From Dimorphilus gyrociliatus (Eukaryota; Animalia; Annelida), in contig CAJFCJ010000001.1 in the NCBI GenBank assembly GCA_904063045.1, forward strand, positions 1,178,001-1,242,000: a stretch of 64,000 nucleotides of DNA. Direction: 5' to 3'. This document shows, one piece after another, positions 11,991 to 23,132 of the stretch. The stretch's first letter is position 1; each line of letters starts with the position of its first letter. The notes beneath the pieces are model-generated. The model had not been told where the DNA came from, searched no databases, and was given only the letters and a program-made list of their open reading frames with translations. The translations under genes were made by a program, and so were the position numbers.

Positions 11991-13676
11991 TCATGAGATG
12001 TTATCATATGGCAGTGCAAGTCTTATGTTATAGTTATAGCCTATTGGTTCGTCGTAGGAACTTTGACATATATCTAAAACATTATCAGCGTTTGATTCAA
12101 AATCCATTAACGATATTGAACCTCTATTCCTTAAGTGTTCAATCTCATCATCGCTTGTTACAGAGTTTCTTGGGATATCTGCGCAAACTAGATATCTGTC
12201 TGTAAATCTTACATGTCTGACTGGATGTCTTATAAAAAATTCCCATAATTTTTTATTTGTTCTCCTATCCCAAACAAAAAGATCTCCTCCTACTGAGGCC
12301 GACACTAGTTTGTAATCATCCATTTGTACACTTGTAATTTCACCAACGTGTCCCTGAAGAACGCTTGTAGGCCCTAAAGGACATCTATCGTCAAATATTC
12401 GTACGAGCTTATCAACACTTCCCGATGAAATATAATTAGTGTCGGCAGAGTGAAGGCAAGTAATTCGAGATGAATGTCCATAAAGTGAAGTAACCTCTTT
12501 CCAAGTTTCCATATCGTGAAGTATTAGCCTATAGGGCTGCCCAGAGAAAGAGATAAAAAGTGCTAATGCGAGGCGATTATCACGGCGAACTTCGAATTTC
12601 TCCGCATAAGATTCATGGGGAAGGTCTAAGACGGAAAACTTATCTTTTCCAGTTGCATCTTGCAAGTGAATTTCGTTTATCAGATTAAGAACGAAAAGGT
12701 TCGACTTATAGAAAAGAATATCTGATATTTTCTTTTCTAAAGTAAGATGCTGATCATTATCATGAAAGTTATGAAAATATATTTTATCCATTGATGTACA
12801 AGCGAGATAATCTTCGGAAAATTTAATTTTCTTCAAAGTAGAATTGGTATTAAATGACTTAAACGCCATTGTTCCATTAGCGTCATTTTTCCAAATATCG
12901 ACATTGCCTCTTAAAAATCCTGCAGCGGTATATTCTTCAGCTGTTTCAACGCACATTGGCACGTTGGACACTCGTCCATCATCGTCTAATAGTATAAGAG
13001 AATTTTCGGACGGTTGAAGAACAACTTCCTCTAAATTTGGTATGTTCCAAAGTTTAATAGAATTGTTTGAATAACCAGCGCAAACATATTTGGACGATGA
13101 ATTACAACACAATAATTTACCGCCTCTAGCGTGTTCAAGTCTCGTTAGATGTGCGGTTCTCATTCTCCAATTGTTACTTAACTGAGTTCTTCTTTCGAAA
13201 ACAGCTTGAACTTGTTTTTTCCAAGATAATTCACTAAAAATATTCTCATTTAATCCTTCATTTATGAACACTTTATGCCAAATTACATCATCTGATGCTA
13301 GTGAGTTCCATTCTCTGCTGACCATAGCACAATTGCATAAGTCTTTCATACTTAGGAATGAGAAGATACACAAAGCCACCTCTTTTGGAAGAGAAATATC
13401 AAATATCGGAATACCTCCTTCATTCAAATCTTCTATAAGAATGTCTACTAGGGCTTTTTTCTTCTTTTGTTCAGGATTATCTATTTCTAATTTACGTTTT
13501 TGTATATTTAACAATTTAGGAGCATCCAAGTCATTTCCCTGCAAAAGTTCATCTGCTATATTAAACGATTTGTAATTAGTCTGCTGTGGCTCATTTCTGG
13601 GTATTATGGTCGAGACCGATTGTAGTTCTTTCTTCCATTCTCTTCTGAAGGATTCGAGCTCGTCATGATGAGCCAT
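11991..13676 (-). CDS. FBXW8: F-box/WD repeat protein 8, intronless
   Basis: N-terminal LESFRREWKKEL, LVDILIEDLNE plus F-box (LPKEVALCIFSFL), WD40 repeats, and a C-terminal LALPYD matching the FBXW8 termini. Confidence 0.88.
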   Translation of the reverse strand: MAHHDELESFRREWKKELQSVSTIIPRNEPQQTNYKSFNIADELLQGNDLDAPKLLNIQKRKLEIDNPEQKKKKALVDILIEDLNEGGIPIFDISLPKEVALCIFSFLSMKDLCNCAMVSREWNSLASDDVIWHKVFINEGLNENIFSELSWKKQVQAVFERRTQLSNNWRMRTAHLTRLEHARGGKLLCCNSSSKYVCAGYSNNSIKLWNIPNLEEVVLQPSENSLILLDDDGRVSNVPMCVETAEEYTAAGFLRGNVDIWKNDANGTMAFKSFNTNSTLKKIKFSEDYLACTSMDKIYFHNFHDNDQHLTLEKKISDILFYKSNLFVLNLINEIHLQDATGKDKFSVLDLPHESYAEKFEVRRDNRLALALFISFSGQPYRLILHDMETWKEVTSLYGHSSRITCLHSADTNYISSGSVDKLVRIFDDRCPLGPTSVLQGHVGEITSVQMDDYKLVSASVGGDLFVWDRRTNKKLWEFFIRHPVRHVRFTDRYLVCADIPRNSVTSDDEIEHLRNRGSISLMDFESNADNVLDICQSSYDEPIGYNYNIRLALPYDNIS

Positions 13677-13769
13677 TTTCCATATAGGTGCCTTGACGTT
13701 TTCAGAACGTCAGGCTTATTCTGTATTAGGTTGATAGTGCAGCGCGATGTTTCAAAAAAGAAGAAAACA

Positions 13770-13783
13770 CTGCCATCTACAGG
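13770..13783 (-). promoter_or_regulatory. CTCF-like site upstream of FBXW8
   Basis: CCTGTAGATGGCAG on the minus strand matches CCASYAGRKGGCRS at 13 of 14 positions, about 95 nt upstream of the ATG. Confidence 0.5.
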
Positions 13784-14458
13784 CTACGAAATGAAATTTT
13801 CACTTTCCAAACTTTGAAAATATTCAATATCTACACTTTTCATGATAAGAGAATAATATTTCTATAACAAACGCTATAGTCAACAAATATTGACAAAAGA
13901 TAATTATGGACATAAATTTTCGTATCATATATTCTCATGCATCATTTTGCTAATCTCAGGGACGATACGCTTGTGTGATACTCAAGTTTTATCATAGTTA
14001 GAATTCGTTCAAAAATAGATTTTAATCTAGAAGAGTGAAATTTTCGAATCAATTATGCAATTATACACCAGATGTTCCTTATTCTTTTCATATAGAAAGA
14101 AAAGATAAAAATAAGTAGAATACTAATTATTTTTTCTTATCTAGCTTCTCATGTCAACGGTATGACTAATGTAAAGTTTGCGCAGCACTCACTAAAATAC
14201 ACGTACACAGAATTTTATGATTATTGATGTATTGTAAATTAGTATGAATAATACGGATTGCATCAGTCCAACACAACAAAAACATTCAACTCAATCAGAA
14301 ATAATATCCTTCTCAACTTCTTTGTACACATTTTTTCATTCATTTTGAGTTATTTTCCGTTCATGCTGAACTTCATAAAAACAGAGTTTAAAACAAATTT
14401 CTTATTTAAGTATTTGTCAAATTCAATATGTAAAAGGAAAAAGAAAAATTCGAAATTT

Positions 14459-15868
14459 CTAAACTCTGAAAGCAATGACAGCGACTGAGAGTAAGGAGAT
14501 GGCAATCGACGAGAAATTTGTGGTTGTTGTTGTTGCACCGGCTGTTGTTGTCGCTGGGGTTTGTGTGGTTGTTGCTTCGGATTTTTCTATTAAATTAATA
14601 ACAAATTTTATTGTTCTAGTTGAGAATGTTTTAGTATAATCTTACTGTTTAGACAGACTCTGTTGGTTTGTCCTGGATAGCAATCGACGCATAGTAGATT
14701 AGCGCTGCAAAATCTTCCAGTAGCGGTATAGGCTTCATCACATTTATCATACATAGCAGTATCGATTTTCGCTATTGAAAATAAAAGTAACTGTTGAAAA
14801 AAGTATATATTTCTCTGTAAACTTTTACGTACCATCCTTATGAAGGCATTCTGTGACGCTAACTCCTTGTTTATTGAAAGTTTGCTCTGTGAAGTCTGTT
14901 TTACAGTCACACTTTTTCGGATTTCCTTCGCATACTAAATTTGTTCCACAAGTTTTTTCAGGAGTACCGGCACATTCATCTCCCTTTGATCCTGCAGTAC
15001 ATGCACCATTCTTCAGGAAAAGTGCCGCTGGACACGCACATTTGTTAGCTGTACATTCTAATAGCTTCAAATCATTACAGTTGTTTTCATTAGGAGCAGA
15101 GCAGTCACCATCGTGTTCAAGTTTTGGAACACATACATCTGCGTTTCGGTAAAATCCAGGAGCACAAACACATTTTGCAGGAGTTCCAGAACAAATACTA
15201 TTGTCTGTGATATTCAACTTTTAATCTTTTTGACGTATAGTTTTCATAATCCACTTACCGAATTGACATTGTAGAGTGTCTACACATGGCTGGTCATAAG
15301 CTATAGAGTCTGCCTTACATACTCTATTCTCTTCAGTAAAACCACTTTTACATTTGCATTTGTTTTGATTGTCACACTCCAAATGTTTCTTGACATCACA
15401 GATTTTTTTATCGGCAGCAAGGCAAGATCCATCGAAGTCAGACTCTATTAATAAGAAATAAGATAGGATTATTAATAATGAAAGTCTATAATGTGTATAT
15501 TATTTAAATTTAAGGACCTTGCCAACATTCCTTTTCATTACCCGTAGGACCATTGTTATAGCCTGTTTTACATCTACATTTTCCGTATACACAAGAGGAT
15601 GTTACGTCACCCCTAAATAAAATGATTTAGTAAAAAATTAATTTACTTTATTAAGAAAATGTATAAAGTGTAAAAGATATAATATTTACTTATAGCATTC
15701 ACTATTCTCAGCCTTACAGCTATTATCGCCAGCACATTTTTCTCCTAAATCAATTGCATAAGTGCAAGCGATAAGTAGAAAAACAGCTAAAATCTATTGA
15801 AAAAGAAAAGAGAAAATTGAAAAAGTAAAGAAAAAGTATAAGAGAAAGAAAGTTACCGAGTACTTCAT
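14459..15868 (-). CDS. Secreted, probably GPI-anchored Cys-rich (EB/EGF-like repeat) surface protein, 7 exons
   Basis: Signal peptide MKYSILAVFLLIACTYA, six Cys modules of the type C..C..C..CxC..C, a Thr-rich stalk, and a hydrophobic C-terminus SSIAISLLSVAVIAFRV*. All junctions are in frame. Confidence 0.8.
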
Positions 15869-17261
15869 AACTTTTATAAATATTCTAATATCTAAAGTTC
15901 TAGTTAAAAGTTTCTTGTTAACTGCTCGGTAGAACTGCCATTAATAATTTAACTTGGATATTTATATACTTTTCAGTGAGTTCTTATCAAGGCGTGTTCA
16001 ATATTTACCAACGCTCCTTCTTTAATGACAAGCAAACATATATTATCAGTGTTTCTAGATATCTCTAGGCTGACAAAAGACGTTTCGTCATGGAAACCGT
16101 CAACTAATTATAATATTTATTCTATCAGGCTTTGTATTGTATTTATAATAAATATTATCAAGTATCTCGATGTGGTTCCTAACAAATAAACTATCAATGC
16201 GAAGTATTTACATCAAAAGATATGGTAATGTATTTTCTTCCCCGTTTCGTGAAAAAATCTCTCAAACAGTTAGTCAATTCTATATGACTATATTCTTTCA
16301 ATTTTCAGTAATAGGACAAGTCATTCATTCCTAAAAAGATAACTTTTTTTACAACAGAATTTTTACTTCCTAAAATAGTTCGAGTATTTTGCAACTTCCT
16401 ATTCAAGATACGTTTTCGAAAAGATAAAATGCAATAAATTCGATTAGCAAATTATTTTCATTTTATATCTATTAGGAGAATTCGAGTTTTATATTGCGAT
16501 TTTCGATTGTTGCATAGTATAGTCTATACGTATTTAATATGGAGAGAATGTGTACTGTATATATCGAAATTGTTATTTTATTAGGGCTTTAAGCGATTTA
16601 TTGACAAATTGAAATCGTTCAGTTTTGTTTCCTTTATAGCTTGTAATCTACAGTATATGATTTAAAATGATTGTTATACGATCAGAATAAATAAGAGTAA
16701 ATACGGAATATGACGTATAGGATATTTGGTCTTTTTTCATATTCCTTTTTTAGCAATAGAAAAAATTCAAAATTTCAGTTCGTGACTATTTCTCTGATTT
16801 AGCATCAAGCATATCAAGCTTGGTCACGAATTAAGATAAGAAAATTCGAAAAGTCGATACACAAACGTTCCAAAATCTGACAACGTATGGTCTATAATTT
16901 CAACTGATCTAGTTAAATCTAAATATGTATATACTGTATATGTATAGAAAGTATGCGAGAGTCTAGCACTTTCTGTTCGTTTTCACGATTTCTTATCATC
17001 TCTTAGCAAAAATAATAGTTGAAAAGAATATATCGGTTGAGCAGTTTTGATTTACAACGGTTTCTTTTATATAAATTTATCTACGTAGGGTTCATTTTAC
17101 CAGATGATTATATTCTCTAGATTTGAATAAATATATTATCTCTAAAATGATAACATTATTTTTCGTATAGTCAATTTTATAAGTTAGTAATTTAAAGAAA
17201 ATATAAGACAATATATAGCTTTATTTTCGTTTTTTTCCTCTTCTTTTGTTCTTTTATTATT

Positions 17262-20200
17262 TTAAATAGAGAATTTTGTCTCCCTTCGATCAGCCGATAG
17301 CATAATTAACGTTTTAGGATCTACCCATACTAGCCTAGCTAATTTATGTACAGCAATTCCAGCTGCCGGCTGCCACTGTGGAGCTGAAAGGGTTTTTATA
17401 CATCGAGTCTGGCTTCCACCCATTGTAAAGATTGATGAAGAACCAAACTGCCAAATGCAGACAGTGTTATCGACTAGCGAATATGATGCGCAATATTTTG
17501 AATCGGGAGATATGCTAACGGCAGCTATCTGTCCTTTATGGGAGTGAAAAACCTGGCATTTTTGATGTTTTAGGTCATAAATAGCTAAAGAACCAGTTTT
17601 CGATCCGCAAGCAACTTTTTTAGAGGAATGACACGATGACAGCATTGCTAATTTACATAAAGCTGGAAATAGTTCGTGCAATCCAGATTGTTTAAGGGAT
17701 GCTGAGTCGAGACAATGGATACTAACATCGACTACTTCGATAAGCATTTGCACGACGTTAGCCGTACTTTTGTCCACTAAAACTTCTAAAATTTTCAAAA
17801 TGTCCTTCTTCGCTCTGATAAGTATGGAATTCGATAAAGTTGCTGACGGAGTCTGAGACTGCGCAACTAATGCATTATATCTGGCAACCTCACGAGCCAT
17901 TGTTGAAATAAAATTCGCTGGTCTTGCTTTAGCTATCATTTCTAAGGAATTTCTGGCCGACCTGCAAGCATCAGCGGCCGAACTAAGAGGCAATCTTGAA
18001 TTTGATGCTGGTAATAATTTTTCGCTGCCAACACAAAATTCTAATAGTCCCAATAAAACTGCCGCAACATCTAGATAAGGCTCCCAGACTGTAAAGCCTC
18101 TACCAAGTAGGTCAACGGCCGCTCTTTGCATTATTGAATTTTGAGTATGTGACTTTAGAACAATGTGAGACAAAGCCTTAGACGTTATCATTGCTAGACT
18201 ATAATCTTTAATTCCAAAACCATCCGGAGCAGCCTGTTCTCTATTTTGGGGTGATGGTGCTATCTGTGCTCCGAATTCCGAACCAATCACAGCCATAAGT
18301 ACAATAGCAGTCGCTTGTCGCCGTCTGCTACCAAGGTCCAATCCTTCTACCAACAATTGCTCATCGTCATCTTCTTCTTCTTCAACTTCTTGCTCAGGTC
18401 CGGATAAAGGAGTTAAATCTTTATCTTTCGATTTTGGTGGCGATTGAGATTTCTCCTCGAAATTAGGAATAAGAGATCCCCATTTCTCTACTAATTTTTG
18501 TCTTCCTTCTCCTCCCATATGCCTTAATTCGGCCATTAGTAATGCTCTCGCAGCTTCTCTAATTTCTAAGCATCGATGCTGCCATCGTCTAGCCAATTCG
18601 GGTAACGAAACAGGAACATATTTATCGCCCAATAAATCTGGAAGCAGAACACAATGGAATGCCGCTATCCTACTCCAGTTTTGTTTTGTTGAATTTTCAT
18701 ACGATCCATCTCCCATCAAAGCATTAGCAACTGCAATAGCTGAGAGAACTCTGTGCGTAGATGAACGCCTTGACGTGCTTAACGATCGTGGAGCAGATCC
18801 GGGAACATACAACGTCATACGAGCTCCTCGAGAAACTAAACCAAAGCTGAACATACTTTTTGGTACCTTTAAGTTCAATTGATTTCGAACGATATCGTCT
18901 AAGGTGGGATCGATATCCCATAAATGAAGCAGGGACATTAAAAGTTTGGCTGCTTGAACTGATAGACTCTCTTTAGGTACAGGAGGCGGTGGTCTTGACG
19001 GTTTCGAACCCGGCGGTGCCGGTCTAGGTGGAGGACCTCCTCGACGTGGAGACGTTCGTGGAGACGAAGTTAGCCCTCGCCCAACGTCTCCTGCCTTATC
19101 TTTTACTTTGGCTAATATACTAGAAATGGAAAGTTCTTGTTTGGAATCGGATGAAGGTTCATTAGTTGACTGAAAATCTTTCGCGGCCTCCTCCGTTATT
19201 AATTGTACTATTAACGCTTCGACATCGAAGAAAAGTAAATGCGCGTCTGGATCGTTATTATTTGTTTTTAGACCTTGAATGATAATTGGAGCACTATCCC
19301 CCCTGACATTGATGCCGGAATCACCCTTGTCATCAGCAACATTGGAAGCTGTGAGTCGCTGCTGGGCAAGAGCTTTAAATGTTGCTAGATTTCGACGTCG
19401 GAATGCCTGAGCGAGTGATATTGTGGGATTTGTTAGATCGTCTTCAGATGTTTCAGTTGGTTTAACTGTTTTTTCCGTACAGGCTGCCATCATTTGTTCT
19501 GCCACCACACCATGTACTACCCTATCTAAATGACCCGTTTCCATTTGCCATACACTTACAGTACCGTCAGTGCAAGCAACAAGGACAAAGTCATCGTGAG
19601 GACGCCACCTTACAGCATGAATTGGAAACATATGTCTTGATGCTAAAAGAGTACATTTTTGATCTTTTAAATGAAGCAACGAAAGAGAATGATCAGAAGC
19701 AACAGCACAAATGCATGGCAAGACTCTTGGATTGCAGTTATTTGGTGGAACCAGCAGTTGAGTCAGCTCTCCCCCGTGTACAGTAAAAATATGCAGTTGG
19801 GTCTGTGAAATAACATCCCAGAGTATAACGCTAAAATCGACTCCTCCAGAAACTAAGTGTCGCTTATCGTATCTCTGATTCTCATTAAATGGGTACAACA
19901 AACATGATACTCGACCACAATGTTCACCCATAACTTGAATGGGTACAGCTTCAACTTGTTCACTTAAAAGTATAGAAGCGGCACATGATATAATAGGCAT
20001 GATTACGATTGTTCCATTTTCTCTACCGCAAACAATTTTTCCTTCAGATCGCATATAAGTTGTAGCGGTTACTTCTAATTTTTCTTCTCCTGATGCTTCG
20101 ATAACATCTACTATACCCCTTAATTTGTCACTCTTCCAAGCATCCTCCAACTTTGCTACGCATTTTGGCATTATCTTTGTTAATGAATCGAAACTATCTT

Positions 20201-22267
20201 GACGTTTTAGAACCTTTTCCCCACCTTCTGGCAATTCCCATATAGTTACCCGACCTTCACAATCCCCTCGAACAACTAGACCAACCTTACGACCTCTAGT
20301 CCAAATGAGATGACGCATTGCAGGTGGACAAAATAAGTTCTATATGAGAATAATAAAATAATAAAACAATAAAAATTATTGTGAGTAGCAAGTCGGAAAA
20401 TTTTGCTTACGCAAGAATATCCCAATTCTAAAACAGTATATGGTTGGGGTCCCGCACTATGCGGACTCTTTGGATCGATCGGCCGACGTCCTTCGTGTAA
20501 ACTGGAAATTCGACAGGTTTTCAAAGCTAAACTATTTTCTTAGGAATTGTAAAGAGAACAGAAGCGAGACCCACCTTCCCAGTGCTTTTCCAAGCAGTAA
20601 GCTAAGACACAATAACACATTAGTGCAAGCACTACCCTACGCCACTAACACAACACACTATCTAAGTTAATCTACTTGCATTTATCTGTTACCACTAGCA
20701 AGTCCTTTCCTATCTACTAAAGCACACCAAAAATAACTCACTTGGCAGGTAATTTGTATAGAAACGCTCGACCTTCAGTGCTCCAGGCAACGACAGCGTC
20801 GACAGATATAAAGTCACCTCCAGCCCACCTTTCGCCTCTTCTTGATGCTTCTGAGCACCGCAAAGAAAAATCGCTGGCATCGTATATCTGATTTGAAAAT
20901 TGTATATCCACTTCATTCAACATAAGTGTTAAATCTCTATACAAATAAATAATAATATAAGACTTGAATTGCTTTTTTATTATTAGATTGTAAAAGTATC
21001 AAATGCAAAACAGAAGAGGGAACGCTAAACCTTCTATTTCGGCCTGTTAGCCTAAGATGTTCTTTTATACATCACTAAAGTTAATATTTAACCAGGCTAG
21101 TCATACACATGCAAAGGAAGCTCACCCCTTCTTCAAACGTAAACCTTGTTGAATATATCTGGTTTTTTGAATGAATTGAAAATTGAATCAAATAGAAAAG
21201 GGTGAGGATATAGGCCAGTTCATATTAATGACTAACACTACACTCTAAAAATAATAAGGAACCTCTCTTATAGGCATATTTACCTGCCAGAATTTCGCAC
21301 AAACTATTAGAACAGTTCTCTGATTATAAGGGCAACAGCGTAATGTATGAGCATTTAAGCATCTAATTTGCTTTGCTTCATTTTCAAATAATTCTTTTTC
21401 CTGTTTCTCTGCATTTGATAAAGTCCAGACTTTAACTGTTCCCGAATTTGATATGGCAACTATTACATCATCTGAAAGAAAATTGATTTTAAGTATATAT
21501 GAATATGCAGTGCATGCATTCATCTTTTATGTAATGTAAACTAGTTACAAATACCTTGACTAGATGCTGGCCGCAAGACAGCAAATGCACTTATCCAATC
21601 TGGAGACATTCTGGACGAGAGTTTGAACAATACCGTCAGAGTCAACGGATCTATAATCTCAATATCAGCATAATTTCCATGGCAAACCAGTCGGGCATCT
21701 CGAGAACCAAGCAATTGATGAGCCTAAAGTAATTAAATACCATATAAGAATTTCATTGATGCAAATTTTTATGGTCAACCTCAATGAAAGTGTGTGTGTG
21801 CTGACTTTTAGATTGTTCTACGGATGTACTGTCATTCATATTCCATAGGCATAGTTCTCTGTAATTGGATAGAGTATTGATGAAAGGGTTAATAAAAACG
21901 ATCTTAACTAACCCGTCATCCGACGCGCTAACAAGTAATGGCTCTTGAAAACTACCTCTACATAAGGCAGTAATTGCAGTTGCATGCCCTAGTAATAGTC
22001 TTTCTGGTTTTATCTGAATAAAATCAATTAAGATGAATAAATTAGACTACTCCCCATTAAGATAAGAAACTATAGATCGACATCTTGCAATTTTTGATTT
22101 AAACAAACCTGCCAGTCATCATCTATTGACCAGATGCAAAGGGACCCATCGTTACATCCTGTGACTAGATTGTCAGGGGTTAAAAGAATACTAGAAATGC
22201 AATGAGTTGGAGCTCGATCTGCCCACAATGTTACTGGAATCACTAAGCTACTGGTGGATATCGACAT
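17262..22267 (-). CDS. WDR7: WD repeat protein 7 (Rabconnectin-3 beta), 8 constitutive exons plus candidate cassette exons
   Basis: VIPVTLWADRAPTHCIS, VCGRENGTIV, LLYPFNENQRYDKRHLVSGGVDFSV, LARRWQHRCLEIREAARALL and AAVDLLGRGFTVWEPY motifs. Confidence 0.93.
20575..20601 (-). other. Candidate 27-nt microexon in WDR7
   Basis: tgtgtcttag|CTTACTGCTTGGAAAAGCACTGGGAAG|gtgggt, phase 2-2 with no stop. Flanking introns are 140 and 73 nt. Confidence 0.55.
21126..21158 (-). other. Candidate 33-nt cassette exon in WDR7
   Basis: aaaaaccag|ATATATTCAACAAGGTTTACGTTTGAAGAAGGG|gtgagc, phase 0-0, with UGCAUG at intron +13. Confidence 0.6.
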
Positions 22268-23132
22268 GATCCTATAAACAAAATTTAGAAAAACATTATT
22301 ATTTCTAGATATGAGTACATTTGATCATCTACGATTAATTCATTACTTACATTTATAATTTTATTGTTGCTCCACACGTATTGTTCGAACTGCGCGAATT
22401 TTCACATAATTGGGGGAGGTCCGCACTTACGGAATAATTATGATGGATAATTTTATAAAAAAGAAACTTTTAAATATTAATAGTGAAATGAGTCGAAAGA
22501 ATCTTACATTATATAACTGTATTATTATCTGCATAATTTTGTTAGAGCGTAACCCAATAATATAATATCAGAATATTTGTTACTATAGAAACCACGTAAA
22601 TAGGAGCAGCATCCGAGAGTCGGTTTTTTAAAAGGTTTTACCGAATACAGATGAAAATAAGAGAAAGAATTATTTATTTTTTCAAATTGGACATTAAGTG
22701 AATAAAAGTTTTTTTTTATATGTACAAGAATTTGATATTAGGGATTTACAAAAAAGAATATATACTATATATATAAAAACCATGTTAATGACAAAAGTAG
22801 ATACTAATTGTTTTATTTTTTTAAATACAAATATACTATATGTACTCCAATTCAAAAAAAATCAGATTACATGAATTCAAGATGAACAATTAATTTCATA
22901 ATTTTATATTGATTAAATAATCAATATATTGATTCGAACCGATTGACTCTGACCAATGGTGAGCCATTCGGTGCAGGGAGGAGAGGGAGGGGGCGGGAGG
23001 AAGATATAACCATAACGAAAAAAAAATGAAAAAAAAATCAGAATGTTAAAAATGTAAATAATTTTATAAAAATTAAAAAAAAAATCTATATATAGATATA
23101 TAAATTTATATATATATGTATATATATTATTG

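Noticed and set aside
16082-16097. X-box-like GTTTCGTCATGGAAAC upstream of the EB-repeat gene
   Set aside because: Only the right half-site is good, and the spacing is off consensus.
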